A DNA stretch of 64,000 bases from Rhodobiaceae bacterium. GTDB lineage: Bacteria; Pseudomonadota; Alphaproteobacteria; Rhizobiales; JAKPQE01. A model generated the notes under the pieces. That model was not told the DNA's origin. It ran no database searches and saw only the letters and a program-made list of their open reading frames with translations. The DNA is taken from assembly GCA_028278505.1 (NCBI GenBank), contig JANQEG010000142.1, positions 3,581 to 67,580 of the forward strand, given 5' to 3'. Both the position numbers and the translations under genes were made by a program. This document shows, in pieces, positions 17,337 through 27,267 of this stretch. The number at the start of each line of letters is the position of its first letter. The first letter of the stretch is position 1.

Positions 17337-17855
17337 ATGACGATATATGTCTGCTCCCTTGCCCGCCTGCACGAAACGGTCGAAGAATCGGGCGCAGAGC
17401 GCGTGGTCACGCTGATCAACGAGGGCACCGCGGTTCTGCGGCCGCCGGAAATTTCGCCGGAACACCACCTTTTTCTCGGCATGAACGACATCAATGAGCC
17501 GATCGACGGGCTGACGCCGCCGGGCGCCCATCACGTCTCGCGGTTCCTCGATTTCGTCGGCGGCTGGGAGCGCGAGGCGCCGATGGTGGTGCATTGCTGG
17601 GCCGGGATCAGTCGCTCGACGGCGGCCGCGTTCATCGCCGTCTGCGCCCTTGCCCCGCACCGGGACGAGATCGAGATCGCCTCGGAAATGCGCCGCAAAT
17701 CGCCGACGGCGACGCCGAACATGCGGCTGGTGACGTTCGCCGACGATCTGCTCGGGCGGCGCGGCCGGATGATCCGGGCCGTCAGCGGCATCGGCCGCGG
17801 CGCGTTCGCGTTTGAGGGCGATCCCTTCGCCATGACGATCGGCAATCGGGGCTGA
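17337..17855 (+). CDS. Cys-based protein-tyrosine/dual-specificity-phosphatase-like protein
   Basis: ATG 17337 in ORF 17007..17855 (the upstream part is repeat DNA). C-X5-R signature VVHCWAGISRSTAAAF. Confidence 0.75.
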   Translation: MTIYVCSLARLHETVEESGAERVVTLINEGTAVLRPPEISPEHHLFLGMNDINEPIDGLTPPGAHHVSRFLDFVGGWEREAPMVVHCWAGISRSTAAAFIAVCALAPHRDEIEIASEMRRKSPTATPNMRLVTFADDLLGRRGRMIRAVSGIGRGAFAFEGDPFAMTIGNRG

Positions 17856-17857
17856 GC

Positions 17858-18853
17858 ATGGAGCCGCGATCGAAATCGATCGAAATCGGCCTCAATGCGG
17901 CGATCGTCGCGGTTGAAAAACTCGAACCGCTGATCCTGGTGACGACGCGCGACGAGGCCGGCGCCGGCGATGCCCGCGACGCGCTGCCGTTCGGCCCGTT
18001 CAACCCGCTCGCCCACCGCACGCTGGAGATGGGCCTGCGCTCCTGGGTCGGCGAGCAGGCGGCGCTCGAGCTCGGCCATGTGGAGCAGCTCTACACCTTC
18101 GGCGATCGCGGCCGCCATGCCAGCCCCGGCGACGAGGGCCCGCACGTGGTCTCGATCGGCTATCTGGCGCTGTCGCGCATCCGCGAGAACACGCGTGCGA
18201 CGATCGCCGGCTATCGCGCCGAATGGCGGCCCTGGTACGGCTATTTCCCGTGGGAGGACTGGCGCGACGGCCGCCCGGAAATCCTCGGCGACGTGATCAT
18301 GCCGCTGTTGCACGACTGGGCCGGCGAGACGCCGGGCCCGGCGGAGCGGCGCCTGGCGCTGCCGCGCGCGGTGCGCTTAAAACTCGCCTTCGGCGAGGAT
18401 ACGAGCCATTGGGACGAGGAGCGGGTGCTCGACCGCTACGAACTGCTCTACGAGGCCGGGCTCGTCGAGGAGGCGCTGCGCGACGGCCGCGCAGCGGCGC
18501 TCGACCGGGGCGAGGCGCCGCGGCTCGGCCGGCCGATGCAGTTCGACCACCGGCGGATATTGGCCACCGCCATCAGCCGGCTGCGCGGCAAGCTCAAATA
18601 CCGGCCGGTGGTGTTCGAGCTGATGCACGACGCCTTCACCCTGACCGAACTGCAGAACACGGTCGAGGCGATTTCCGGCCGGCACCTGCACAAGCAGAAT
18701 TTCCGCCGTCTCGTCGAAAAGGCCGCATTGGTGGAGCCGACCGGCGCGGTCGCCGCCGCCACCGGCGGACGACCGGCGGCGCTCTACCGCTTCCGCCGCG
18801 AAATCCTGGAGGAGCGCCCGGCGCCGGGCTTGCGGGTCGGCGCACGGCATTAG
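17858..18853 (+). CDS. NadQ-like (COG4111) regulator: degenerate Nudix-fold N-domain plus NrtR-type winged-helix C-domain
   Basis: 331-aa ORF starting 2 nt after the PTP-like stop. Contains LPFGPFNPLAHRTLEMGLRSWV, VEQLYTFGDRGR and C-terminal FTLTELQNTVEAISGRHLHKQNFRR. Confidence 0.65.
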   Translation: MEPRSKSIEIGLNAAIVAVEKLEPLILVTTRDEAGAGDARDALPFGPFNPLAHRTLEMGLRSWVGEQAALELGHVEQLYTFGDRGRHASPGDEGPHVVSIGYLALSRIRENTRATIAGYRAEWRPWYGYFPWEDWRDGRPEILGDVIMPLLHDWAGETPGPAERRLALPRAVRLKLAFGEDTSHWDEERVLDRYELLYEAGLVEEALRDGRAAALDRGEAPRLGRPMQFDHRRILATAISRLRGKLKYRPVVFELMHDAFTLTELQNTVEAISGRHLHKQNFRRLVEKAALVEPTGAVAAATGGRPAALYRFRREILEERPAPGLRVGARH

Positions 18854-19256
18854 GGGGCCAAGCGGAGGATTGCGGCGGTGTGTCGGCAAATTGGCCGGCG
18901 GCGCGTGGGGTCGAGAGCCTGTCACAATTTGTTCAATTACAGACCGGCATTTCCGGCTTCCGCCAAATCCGGATGAGGGGCGGGAAGGGCGCGGAGCGGG
19001 TCTTTGATGCAGTCGAAACTAGCGGCCGTTATTCACCCAACTTCGGAGGAAAAATGCTCTAAATGGTGCAGTTGACCCTTGTCGGAAATTTGGGCGGAGG
19101 TGTTTCAAGGCAGCACCGCAGGACAAAGCCGACCTTTCATCGCGCTGCCGAGCACGCATGTGCAGATGATACGTTTTCATGAAAGCACAATTAAACAATT
19201 GTTAGCTTTGTAATCGCATCCGCAAAATCGAGAGTTATCGACTTTACCAAATAAAA

Positions 19257-20876
19257 ATGATTTCAATTTTTAATTGCCAAGGAATGGTAAATAAACATCA
19301 AGAGTTGAGTACTATGCTGGAGAAAGTACTTAAACCGAATGTTATCGAACCGACGCTGATTTTCGTTCTCGCGATCATAATCTGGATGATCGGAGCCGAA
19401 TACGAAGCGTTCGAGATGTTAGCGGAATTTATGGAAGACCATGAAAGCTGGGAACTCGACGAGCTTTTCCTTGCGGTCGTTGTGCTCGGCCTTGCCGGTT
19501 TCTTCAATGCATATCGCTATTATTCCGGTCAGCGCAAGGAAATCGAACGTCGCCTGCAGGCAGAAAGCGACCTCGATTGGCTCTCACGGCATGACAGCCT
19601 GACCGGCCTACCTAACCGCCACTATCTCAAACAATTCATCGAGCGCGCCGACCATAGCGCGAAGGAGGACAGCGGCAGGAAGTACGGTCTGGTATCCATC
19701 GACCTGGACGGCTTCAAGAAGGCCAATGACCTTCTGGGCCATGCCGGTGGTGACAAACTTCTTAAAGAAGTGGCCGAACGGATTACCTCGAACAAGGCGG
19801 TGAAAATGGCCTTCCGTCTAGGCGGAGACGAATTCCTCGCCATTGTTCGTCTCAAGCAGACCACCACACTCGACGAGATCGCCAGACAGCTGCATCGAGA
19901 CATATCCCAACCCATCCTGATCGACGGCATCACCAACCATATCGGCGCCAGCATCGGTCTGGCCAGATATCCCGAGGACGGCGACAAGCTCAAAGACGCC
20001 ATTCACTATTCCGACCTTGCCTTGTATAGCGCCAAAAGGTCCGGCAAGAACAACATTGCCTCCTTCGAAACATCCATGCTGGCATTGAGCATCGAGCGAT
20101 CCAAGCTGGAGCAGGATTTGCTGGCGGCCATGGCCAATGACGAGATCAAGCCTCATTATCAGCCGCTGATCGATCTCAAAACCGGTAAGCTGCGCGGTTT
20201 CGAGGCTCTGGCACGCTGGAACCGCAACGGACAAGGTTTCGTCCCACCGGATAAATTCATCTCGGTCGCCGAAGATATCGGTGTCATCACCGAGCTCGCC
20301 GACAAACTGTTGTTGGAGGCCTGTCGCGACGCCAAGACATGGCCGGACGATCTGACCCTGTCCTTTAACCTCTCGCCGGTTCAGCTCTCCGACCGTTTGG
20401 TCGGTCTGCGGGTGATTTCAACCCTTGCCAAGGCGGCATTCCCTCCGCAGCGTCTGGAGGTGGAAATCACCGAGTCCTCGCTGGTACAGGACATGGATAC
20501 CGCCAGCGCCATTCTCAAGGGCCTACATAATGCGGGCATACGTATCGCGCTTGACGATTTCGGTACCGGTTACTCCAACCTGTCGCAACTATCCCAGCTC
20601 AAATTTGACCGCATCAAGATCGACCGTTGCTTCATCTCCAATTTCGAAACGGACGAGAAACAGATGCGAATCGTAAAGGCGATCCTATCGTTGGGCGAAG
20701 GGCTCGGTCTGCACACGACCGCCGAGGGCATCGAGAAAATGGAGCAGTTGTCCATATTGAAAGAACTGGGCTGCCAATTCGGCCAAGGCTACCATCTTGG
20801 CAAGCCGGTTGACGCCGAACAGACCGTCCGTTTCATAGATGAACATTTGGGGCGGGACAAAGCCCGTTACGCGTGA
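19257..20876 (+). CDS. membrane-anchored GGDEF-EAL protein (diguanylate cyclase/phosphodiesterase)
   Basis: 539-aa ORF with two N-terminal hydrophobic segments. Intact GGDEF (FRLGGDEFLAIV), EAL (FEALARW), DDFGTGYSNL and EGIE. Alternative start ATG 19314. Confidence 0.9.
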   Translation: MISIFNCQGMVNKHQELSTMLEKVLKPNVIEPTLIFVLAIIIWMIGAEYEAFEMLAEFMEDHESWELDELFLAVVVLGLAGFFNAYRYYSGQRKEIERRLQAESDLDWLSRHDSLTGLPNRHYLKQFIERADHSAKEDSGRKYGLVSIDLDGFKKANDLLGHAGGDKLLKEVAERITSNKAVKMAFRLGGDEFLAIVRLKQTTTLDEIARQLHRDISQPILIDGITNHIGASIGLARYPEDGDKLKDAIHYSDLALYSAKRSGKNNIASFETSMLALSIERSKLEQDLLAAMANDEIKPHYQPLIDLKTGKLRGFEALARWNRNGQGFVPPDKFISVAEDIGVITELADKLLLEACRDAKTWPDDLTLSFNLSPVQLSDRLVGLRVISTLAKAAFPPQRLEVEITESSLVQDMDTASAILKGLHNAGIRIALDDFGTGYSNLSQLSQLKFDRIKIDRCFISNFETDEKQMRIVKAILSLGEGLGLHTTAEGIEKMEQLSILKELGCQFGQGYHLGKPVDAEQTVRFIDEHLGRDKARYA

Positions 20877-20935
20877 TCAGACAGTGATCCCGCAAATCAT
20901 AGTCCACCAAACATAACCGCTCGGCGGGAAGCCCC

Positions 20936-21727
20936 CTAATCACCAATAGCACGCTGTAGCCGCGCGGCATCGTTGCTGAATATCCATTCAACGCCCCGGT
21001 TCAATTCGCGGTATAGGCAATTGCGGGAGCGGATAAATCCGGTGCCGATTTTCTGGCCGGCGCGTTCGTGTTTGCGCCTGATGTCCTCGGTCAGCACTGC
21101 ATAGTGACCGGTCAAGCCGCCATATCCGGAAGACAGCGCCCTGTCGCTCATTGCGCGAAAATCCGCTTCCGCAACCGGCAGACAACACTGCCGGGGGCGA
21201 ATGTCGAACATCTCGAACAGGTCCGGTTCAAGCGCCAAGAGATGATAATCCTGCTCAGGTTTCAGCGCGGAAAGGTGGTGATCGAGTATTTGTCTTTGGC
21301 GCTCGATGTCGGGGAACCCTTCGCGCTTCAGTTCCAGCATCAAATGGGTTTTGCCGCCGAATTGCCCGACCAGTTCAGCAAGGCTGGGAATTTCGGGAAC
21401 GGCATGGCGAAGGCTGTCAAAGTCAATATCGGCAATTCTGATCTGCTTGCCGAACACCCGGCCTGCGTCAGGATCATGGATGATCACCGGGACAAGGTCT
21501 GCGGTCCAGCGAATGTCCGCCTCGATCCCCCACACACCGGCGTCGTGTGCAATCTGAAAAGCGCGCAGCGTGTTCTCGAAAACCGATCTTTCATGATGCT
21601 CGCCGCGATGCGACACGATCTTGCACTGTTTCAGAGCAGCGCGCGTGGGCTTCTTGCGTGGGATCACCGCCATCACAGCGTCGACGATCCCTATTGCGAT
21701 CCACTGAAGTATCCTGGTCATGGGCAC
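20936..21727 (-). CDS. glycerophosphodiester phosphodiesterase (GDPD) family protein with N-terminal membrane anchor
   Basis: 263-aa ORF with VSHRGEHH..ENTLRAF...GIEADIRWTADLVPVIIHD. Confidence 0.8.
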   Translation of the reverse strand: MPMTRILQWIAIGIVDAVMAVIPRKKPTRAALKQCKIVSHRGEHHERSVFENTLRAFQIAHDAGVWGIEADIRWTADLVPVIIHDPDAGRVFGKQIRIADIDFDSLRHAVPEIPSLAELVGQFGGKTHLMLELKREGFPDIERQRQILDHHLSALKPEQDYHLLALEPDLFEMFDIRPRQCCLPVAEADFRAMSDRALSSGYGGLTGHYAVLTEDIRRKHERAGQKIGTGFIRSRNCLYRELNRGVEWIFSNDAARLQRAIGD

Positions 21728-21818
21728 AGAATCCGATCACCGCTTGATATAGTGCCGTTGCGACAGCGGTTGTTCTAACACCGTGACCGGACATGCAGGC
21801 GAAATCGAGATCGAGCAA

Positions 21819-22586
21819 ATGGACCAAAAGCCATCGAAGCGGGAACTTATCCAGAAGCTGCTCAAGGGCATTGAGACCGGCGACGCAATGGCGGCGGCCG
21901 TCGTCAACGAAGCGAAATACATCCAGCACAATCCGCAGACCCATGAGGGAAGCGAGGGCCTCGCGGTGCTGTTTGCGCGGCTGGCGAAGACGGAACCGCG
22001 CGTCACCTTCGTGCGGGTCTTCGAGGACGGCGATTTCGCGTTTGCCCATAACGAGTACGATTTCGCCAGCCTTCGGGTGGCGTTCGAGGTCTTCCGTTTC
22101 GAGGATGGTCAGGCCGTCGAACACTGGGACAATATCCAGCCCAGCCGGGGCCCCAATCCCTCCGGCCGCGGGATGCTGGACGGCACAACCGAGATCACCG
22201 ATCTCGAAATGACCGAGGCCAACAGGGCATTCGCCCGCGCCTTCGTCGAAAACGTGCTTGTTCAACGGCGGCTCGATCTTCTGGAGGACTATGTCGACGG
22301 CGGACTGATCCAGCATAATCCGGCGATCGCCGACGGCCTCCCGGCGCTGCGTGCGGCGCTGGAGGCCGCCGACGGTGATGGCTTCGCCATCCAGTACGAC
22401 AAGCTTCACAAGGTGCTCGCCGAGGGCAATTTCGTTCTTTGCATGAGCGAGGGAACCCGCCGCGGCGTCCATTCAAGCTTTTATGATCTCTTCCGCATCG
22501 CCGACGGCTTAATCGTCGAGCACTGGGATACGATCGAGGCGATCGCCCCGCGCAGCGAATGGAAGAACGAGAACGGCAAATTCTGA
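21819..22586 (+). CDS. tandem SnoaL/NTF2-like domain protein
   Basis: ATG 21819 in ORF 21783..22586. Two similar halves, each ending in ...VEHWD(N/T)I.... Confidence 0.65.
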   Translation: MDQKPSKRELIQKLLKGIETGDAMAAAVVNEAKYIQHNPQTHEGSEGLAVLFARLAKTEPRVTFVRVFEDGDFAFAHNEYDFASLRVAFEVFRFEDGQAVEHWDNIQPSRGPNPSGRGMLDGTTEITDLEMTEANRAFARAFVENVLVQRRLDLLEDYVDGGLIQHNPAIADGLPALRAALEAADGDGFAIQYDKLHKVLAEGNFVLCMSEGTRRGVHSSFYDLFRIADGLIVEHWDTIEAIAPRSEWKNENGKF

Positions 22587-22602
22587 GGCCGGACCGTTTC
22601 AC

Positions 22603-23217
22603 TCAAACCCGGCCATTGACCTCCCCCCTCCGCCACCGTCGATATTCCGCCCCGGTATCGACGTCTTCCAGCACCTCCAGAAACCGCACGTTAAGGCCGC
22701 GGCAGTTGGCAAGCGTGTCGGCGAGCGCGTGCTCGGTCGACCAGCGGACATTGCCGAAGATCTGCGGCACGCGCGGGCGGCGCTTCAGCCCGATGAGCCA
22801 GTAGCCGCCGTCCGCGGCCGGGCCGAACACCGCATCGGCGGCGCCCAGAAAGCGGAAGGCCTTGCCGATGTGTTCGGGGCGGATGCCCGGAATGTCCGAG
22901 CCGATTATGACCACCGGTCCCGGCGGCAGAAGGTCCATCACGCCCTGCATGCGCCGACCCAGATTGCCGGGGCCCTGGCCGATGCGCGGCAAGTCCTGCG
23001 GCCAGAACGGTGCTGCGCGCATCCGGTCGGGGGTGACGGCGAGCACGGTCGACCAGCGCCGGTCGCGGCCGAGCCGGCGCAGCAGCGCTGCGGTCGCGAC
23101 CCGGTAGAAGCGGGCCGCCTCGACCGGCCCGACATCGCGGGCCAGCCGCGATTTCACCCGGCCGACCAGCGGCGCCTTGACCATCACCACAAGGCGGGGC
23201 CCGAACCGGTCGGTCAT
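22603..23217 (-). CDS. DUF2064 / TIGR04282-like nucleotidyl(glycosyl)transferase-fold protein
   Basis: 204-aa ORF with LVVMVKAPLVGRVKSRLA and GPAADGGYWLIGL. ATGA overlap with the upstream GT2 gene. Confidence 0.7.
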   Translation of the reverse strand: MTDRFGPRLVVMVKAPLVGRVKSRLARDVGPVEAARFYRVATAALLRRLGRDRRWSTVLAVTPDRMRAAPFWPQDLPRIGQGPGNLGRRMQGVMDLLPPGPVVIIGSDIPGIRPEHIGKAFRFLGAADAVFGPAADGGYWLIGLKRRPRVPQIFGNVRWSTEHALADTLANCRGLNVRFLEVLEDVDTGAEYRRWRRGEVNGRV

Positions 23218-23909
23218 CGATAGGCCCTGGCGATCCGCTCCGGCGCGGCGCCCATAAAATAGAGCAGAAGGCAGCGAGCGTTTTTCGTCATGCGGCGGAA
23301 ATAGCCGTCGCGGCGATAGCGCTCGGCTTCCGTCGTCGCGGTGGCGCGCAAAAGTTCGAGCCGGCGCCGGCCGAGCCGGCGGACGATATCGACATCCTCC
23401 ATCAGCGGCAGGTCGGAATATCCGCCGATCTCATCGTAGAGCGTTCGCGAGATGAGCAGGCCCTGATCGCCGTATGGCAGGGCGAAAAGCCGGCAGCGCA
23501 GGGCGACGATGCGCTCCAAAAAGCGCGGCTTCCAGCCGGCATCGGCGAGGCGAAAGGCGAAGGCATAAGCCCGGTCGCGGGCATCGGCGCTTCGCGCGCG
23601 CCGGGCGATTTCGTCATGCCAGCGCTGCTCCAAAACCGTGTCGGCGTGGAGGAAGAGCAGCCAGTCGCGGCGCGCCGCTTCGGCGCCGCGGCCAAGCTGT
23701 CCGCCGCGTCCGGGCGGTCCCGAAACGATTGTGCAGCCGGCCCGATCGGCGATTTCCAGGGTCTCGTCTGTCGATCCGCCGTCGCTGACGATGACCTCGC
23801 CGACAACGCCGGCCAGGGTGGCGGGGATGAGCGCCGACAGGGTCGGCGCCAGCGTTTTTTCCGCATTCAATGTCGGGATGACGACGCTGATCATAAGGCT
23901 CCGTAACAT
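23214..23909 (-). CDS. family-2 glycosyltransferase (TIGR04283-like)
   Basis: 231-aa ORF with ISVVIPTLNAEKTLAPTL, VSDGGSTDET and LFLHADT. Confidence 0.8.
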   Translation of the reverse strand: MLRSLMISVVIPTLNAEKTLAPTLSALIPATLAGVVGEVIVSDGGSTDETLEIADRAGCTIVSGPPGRGGQLGRGAEAARRDWLLFLHADTVLEQRWHDEIARRARSADARDRAYAFAFRLADAGWKPRFLERIVALRCRLFALPYGDQGLLISRTLYDEIGGYSDLPLMEDVDIVRRLGRRRLELLRATATTEAERYRRDGYFRRMTKNARCLLLYFMGAAPERIARAYR

Positions 23910-23975
23910 AAGCTTAGCGCCCGCCCCAACCGGTTATCCCCAGGCCGGGCCACCGGGCTTGCCGGATCGGCCGTT

Positions 23976-25112
23976 TTGCGCTATGTTCTCTTTATGTTCA
24001 CGCCGGATGCACAAAAGCGGGCCGAGACGGAGGCGGGCGGCGAGGCGATCGCGCCGGAGCGCCGGCGCGGGCGTGGTTCGGTGTCCAACAGAAGCGGCCG
24101 TTTCGAGACCGAGAATTACGTTGCCTTCGACGATGGCTGGGGCACGGTGGAGGAACTGCCGCCGTTTGTCACCGAGGTGCAGATCGAACGGCCGAAGACC
24201 ATCATCACCCGCAACACCTCGCCGGACATCGCGTTTGACCGCTCGATCAATCCCTATCGCGGCTGCGAGCACGGCTGCGCCTATTGCTATGCGCGACCGT
24301 CGCACGCCTTCATGGGGTTGTCGGCGGGGCTCGATTTCGAGAGCCGGCTTTTTGCCAAGCCCGACGCCGCCCGGCTGCTGGAGCGCGAACTCTCGGCAAA
24401 GGGCTATACGCCGAAGGTGATCGCGATCGGCACCAACACCGATCCCTACCAGCCGATCGAGCGCGAATACCGGATCATGCGCGAGGTGCTGGAGGTGCTC
24501 GACCGGGCCAATCATCCGGTCGCGATCGTCACCAAATCGGCGCTGGTCGCCCGCGACACCGACATCCTGGCATCGATGGCCGAGCGCGGCCTGGCCAAGG
24601 TGGCGCTGTCGGTGACCACGCTCGACGCCCGACTGGCGCGCCGGCTGGAGCCGCGCGCGGCCACGCCGCAGCGGCGGCTGGAGGCGATGCGGCGGCTTTC
24701 GGCCGCCGGTATCCCGACCGCGGTGATGGTGGCGCCGGTGATCCCCGGCCTCACCGACCAGGAGATCGAGGCGATCCTCGATGCAGCCTCCGTCGCTGGC
24801 GCGGTCGAGGCCGGCTACATCATGCTGCGGCTGCCGCGCGAAGTCGCCGATCTCTTCAAGGAATGGCTGCTGAAGCATTACCCGGACCGCTATCGGCGCG
24901 TCGTCGGCCTCGTCCGCGATCTGCGCGAGGGCAAGGACAACGATCCCGACTTCCACAGCCGCATGTCGGGAACCGGCCCGTTCGCCTGGATGATCGGCCG
25001 CCGCTTCGAGATCGCCTGCGACAGGCTGAAGCTGAACCGGACCAGGCCGGCGCTGCGCACCGATCTGTTCATGGCTCCGTTTTTCGACGATCGGCAACTC
25101 GCGCTGTTCTGA
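23976..25112 (+). CDS. radical SAM protein, PA0069-like family
   Basis: 378-aa ORF with GRGSVSNRSGRFE and the CxxxCxxC cluster INPYRGCEHGCAYCYARP. Confidence 0.85.
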   Translation: MRYVLFMFTPDAQKRAETEAGGEAIAPERRRGRGSVSNRSGRFETENYVAFDDGWGTVEELPPFVTEVQIERPKTIITRNTSPDIAFDRSINPYRGCEHGCAYCYARPSHAFMGLSAGLDFESRLFAKPDAARLLERELSAKGYTPKVIAIGTNTDPYQPIEREYRIMREVLEVLDRANHPVAIVTKSALVARDTDILASMAERGLAKVALSVTTLDARLARRLEPRAATPQRRLEAMRRLSAAGIPTAVMVAPVIPGLTDQEIEAILDAASVAGAVEAGYIMLRLPREVADLFKEWLLKHYPDRYRRVVGLVRDLREGKDNDPDFHSRMSGTGPFAWMIGRRFEIACDRLKLNRTRPALRTDLFMAPFFDDRQLALF

Positions 25113-25189
25113 ACCAACAGACATTCGGGCTTCGAGAACGTTTTTCGCAGCCGCTTGCGGTCGCGCGGCCAAGCGGCCACAGTCCGCCG

Positions 25190-25849
25190 ATGGTCCGCAT
25201 ACTGCCCGAATCGCCCACCCTGTTCGCCCTCGACAGCAGGCCGGACTATGCGGTCGAAACCGCGCTTCAGAAAACCGGCGCGGCGCGCATTGCCGGCATC
25301 GACGAGGCCGGACGCGGGCCGCTCGCCGGCCCGGTGGTGGCGGCCGCGGTCATCCTTGATCCGCGCCGCATCCCGGCCGGTCTCAACGATTCGAAAAGGC
25401 TGACGGCGCGCCGTCGCGAAAACCTGTTCGACGCCATCATCGCCTCGGCCGAGGTGGCGGTCGCCATGGCCCCGGCGGCGCGGATCGATGCCATGAATAT
25501 CCGCGCCGCAAGCCTGTGGGCAATGGCGCGGGCCGCCGCCGGGCTTGGTCCCGGATATGCGCTGATCGACGGCCGCGACGTGCCCGACGGCCTGCCCTGC
25601 GCGGCGCGCGCGCTCATCAAGGGCGACCGGCGCGCGCTGTCGATCGCGGCTGCCTCCATCGTCGCCAAGGTCACCCGCGACCGGCTGATGGTCCGGCTCG
25701 GCCGCGCCTTTCCGGCTTACGGTTTCGAGCGGCATATGGGCTATGGCACCGCGGCGCACCGGCGTGCGCTCGCCGCGCACGGCCCCTGCCCGCATCATCG
25801 GCGGAGCTTCGCGCCGGTGCGGGCGGCGGACACGCGCAGCGAAGAATAG
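25190..25849 (+). CDS. rnhB: ribonuclease HII
   Basis: ATG 25190 in ORF 24284..25849. Contains IAGIDEAGRGPLAGPVVAAAV, LNDSKRL and SIVAKVTRD. Confidence 0.92.
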   Translation: MVRILPESPTLFALDSRPDYAVETALQKTGAARIAGIDEAGRGPLAGPVVAAAVILDPRRIPAGLNDSKRLTARRRENLFDAIIASAEVAVAMAPAARIDAMNIRAASLWAMARAAAGLGPGYALIDGRDVPDGLPCAARALIKGDRRALSIAAASIVAKVTRDRLMVRLGRAFPAYGFERHMGYGTAAHRRALAAHGPCPHHRRSFAPVRAADTRSEE

Positions 25850-25878
25850 CCGACGCGGCGCGTCGCTGCCGCGGTGGA

Positions 25879-25918
25879 TTAATCGGCATTTTACCGATCG
25901 CTTTAAATCATCTTTTAC
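25879..25918 (+). promoter_or_regulatory. two tandem CtrA-box-like sites TTAA-N7-TTTAC upstream of ccrM
   Basis: TTAATCGGCATTTTAC at 25879..25894 and TTAAATCATCTTTTAC at 25903..25918. The Caulobacter CtrA consensus is TTAA-N7-TTAAC. Confidence 0.5.
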
Positions 25919-25954
25919 CCTGTCCGGTAACCATGACGCTCGAGTGTTGCGTAA

Positions 25955-27121
<1,167 letters not shown>

Positions 27122-27267
27122 AGCGTATTCCCCGCCGCTCATTCGGTCATTGCCGGTTGTCCGGACGATCCGCGGTGCCGTCTCATCGGAGGGGACCGTG
27201 CCGCCGGCCGTCGGTCACAGACAGGGCGGCCGATTGCGGCGTCGGCGCGATAAGGGCGCTCGGGCGG

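Larger units (their letters stand above)
18860..22600. other. lower-GC accessory segment (three genes)
   Basis: Hand counts of single 60-nt lines: 19/60 G+C at 19261..19320 and 31/60 at 20041..20100, against 46/60 at 24001..24060 in the flanking backbone. Confidence 0.6.

Noticed and set aside
18860-22600. Calling the lower-GC segment a prophage, ICE or IS-borne island
   Set aside because: There is no integrase, transposase, phage gene, tRNA target or flanking direct repeat that I could find by eye. It is reported only as a compositional anomaly.
23934-25172. 412-aa minus-strand ORF and the 521-aa plus-strand ORF 24284..25849
   Set aside because: The first is antisense to the radical SAM gene. 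The second is only real from ATG 25190 (RNase HII); its upstream part is an alternative frame of the radical SAM gene.
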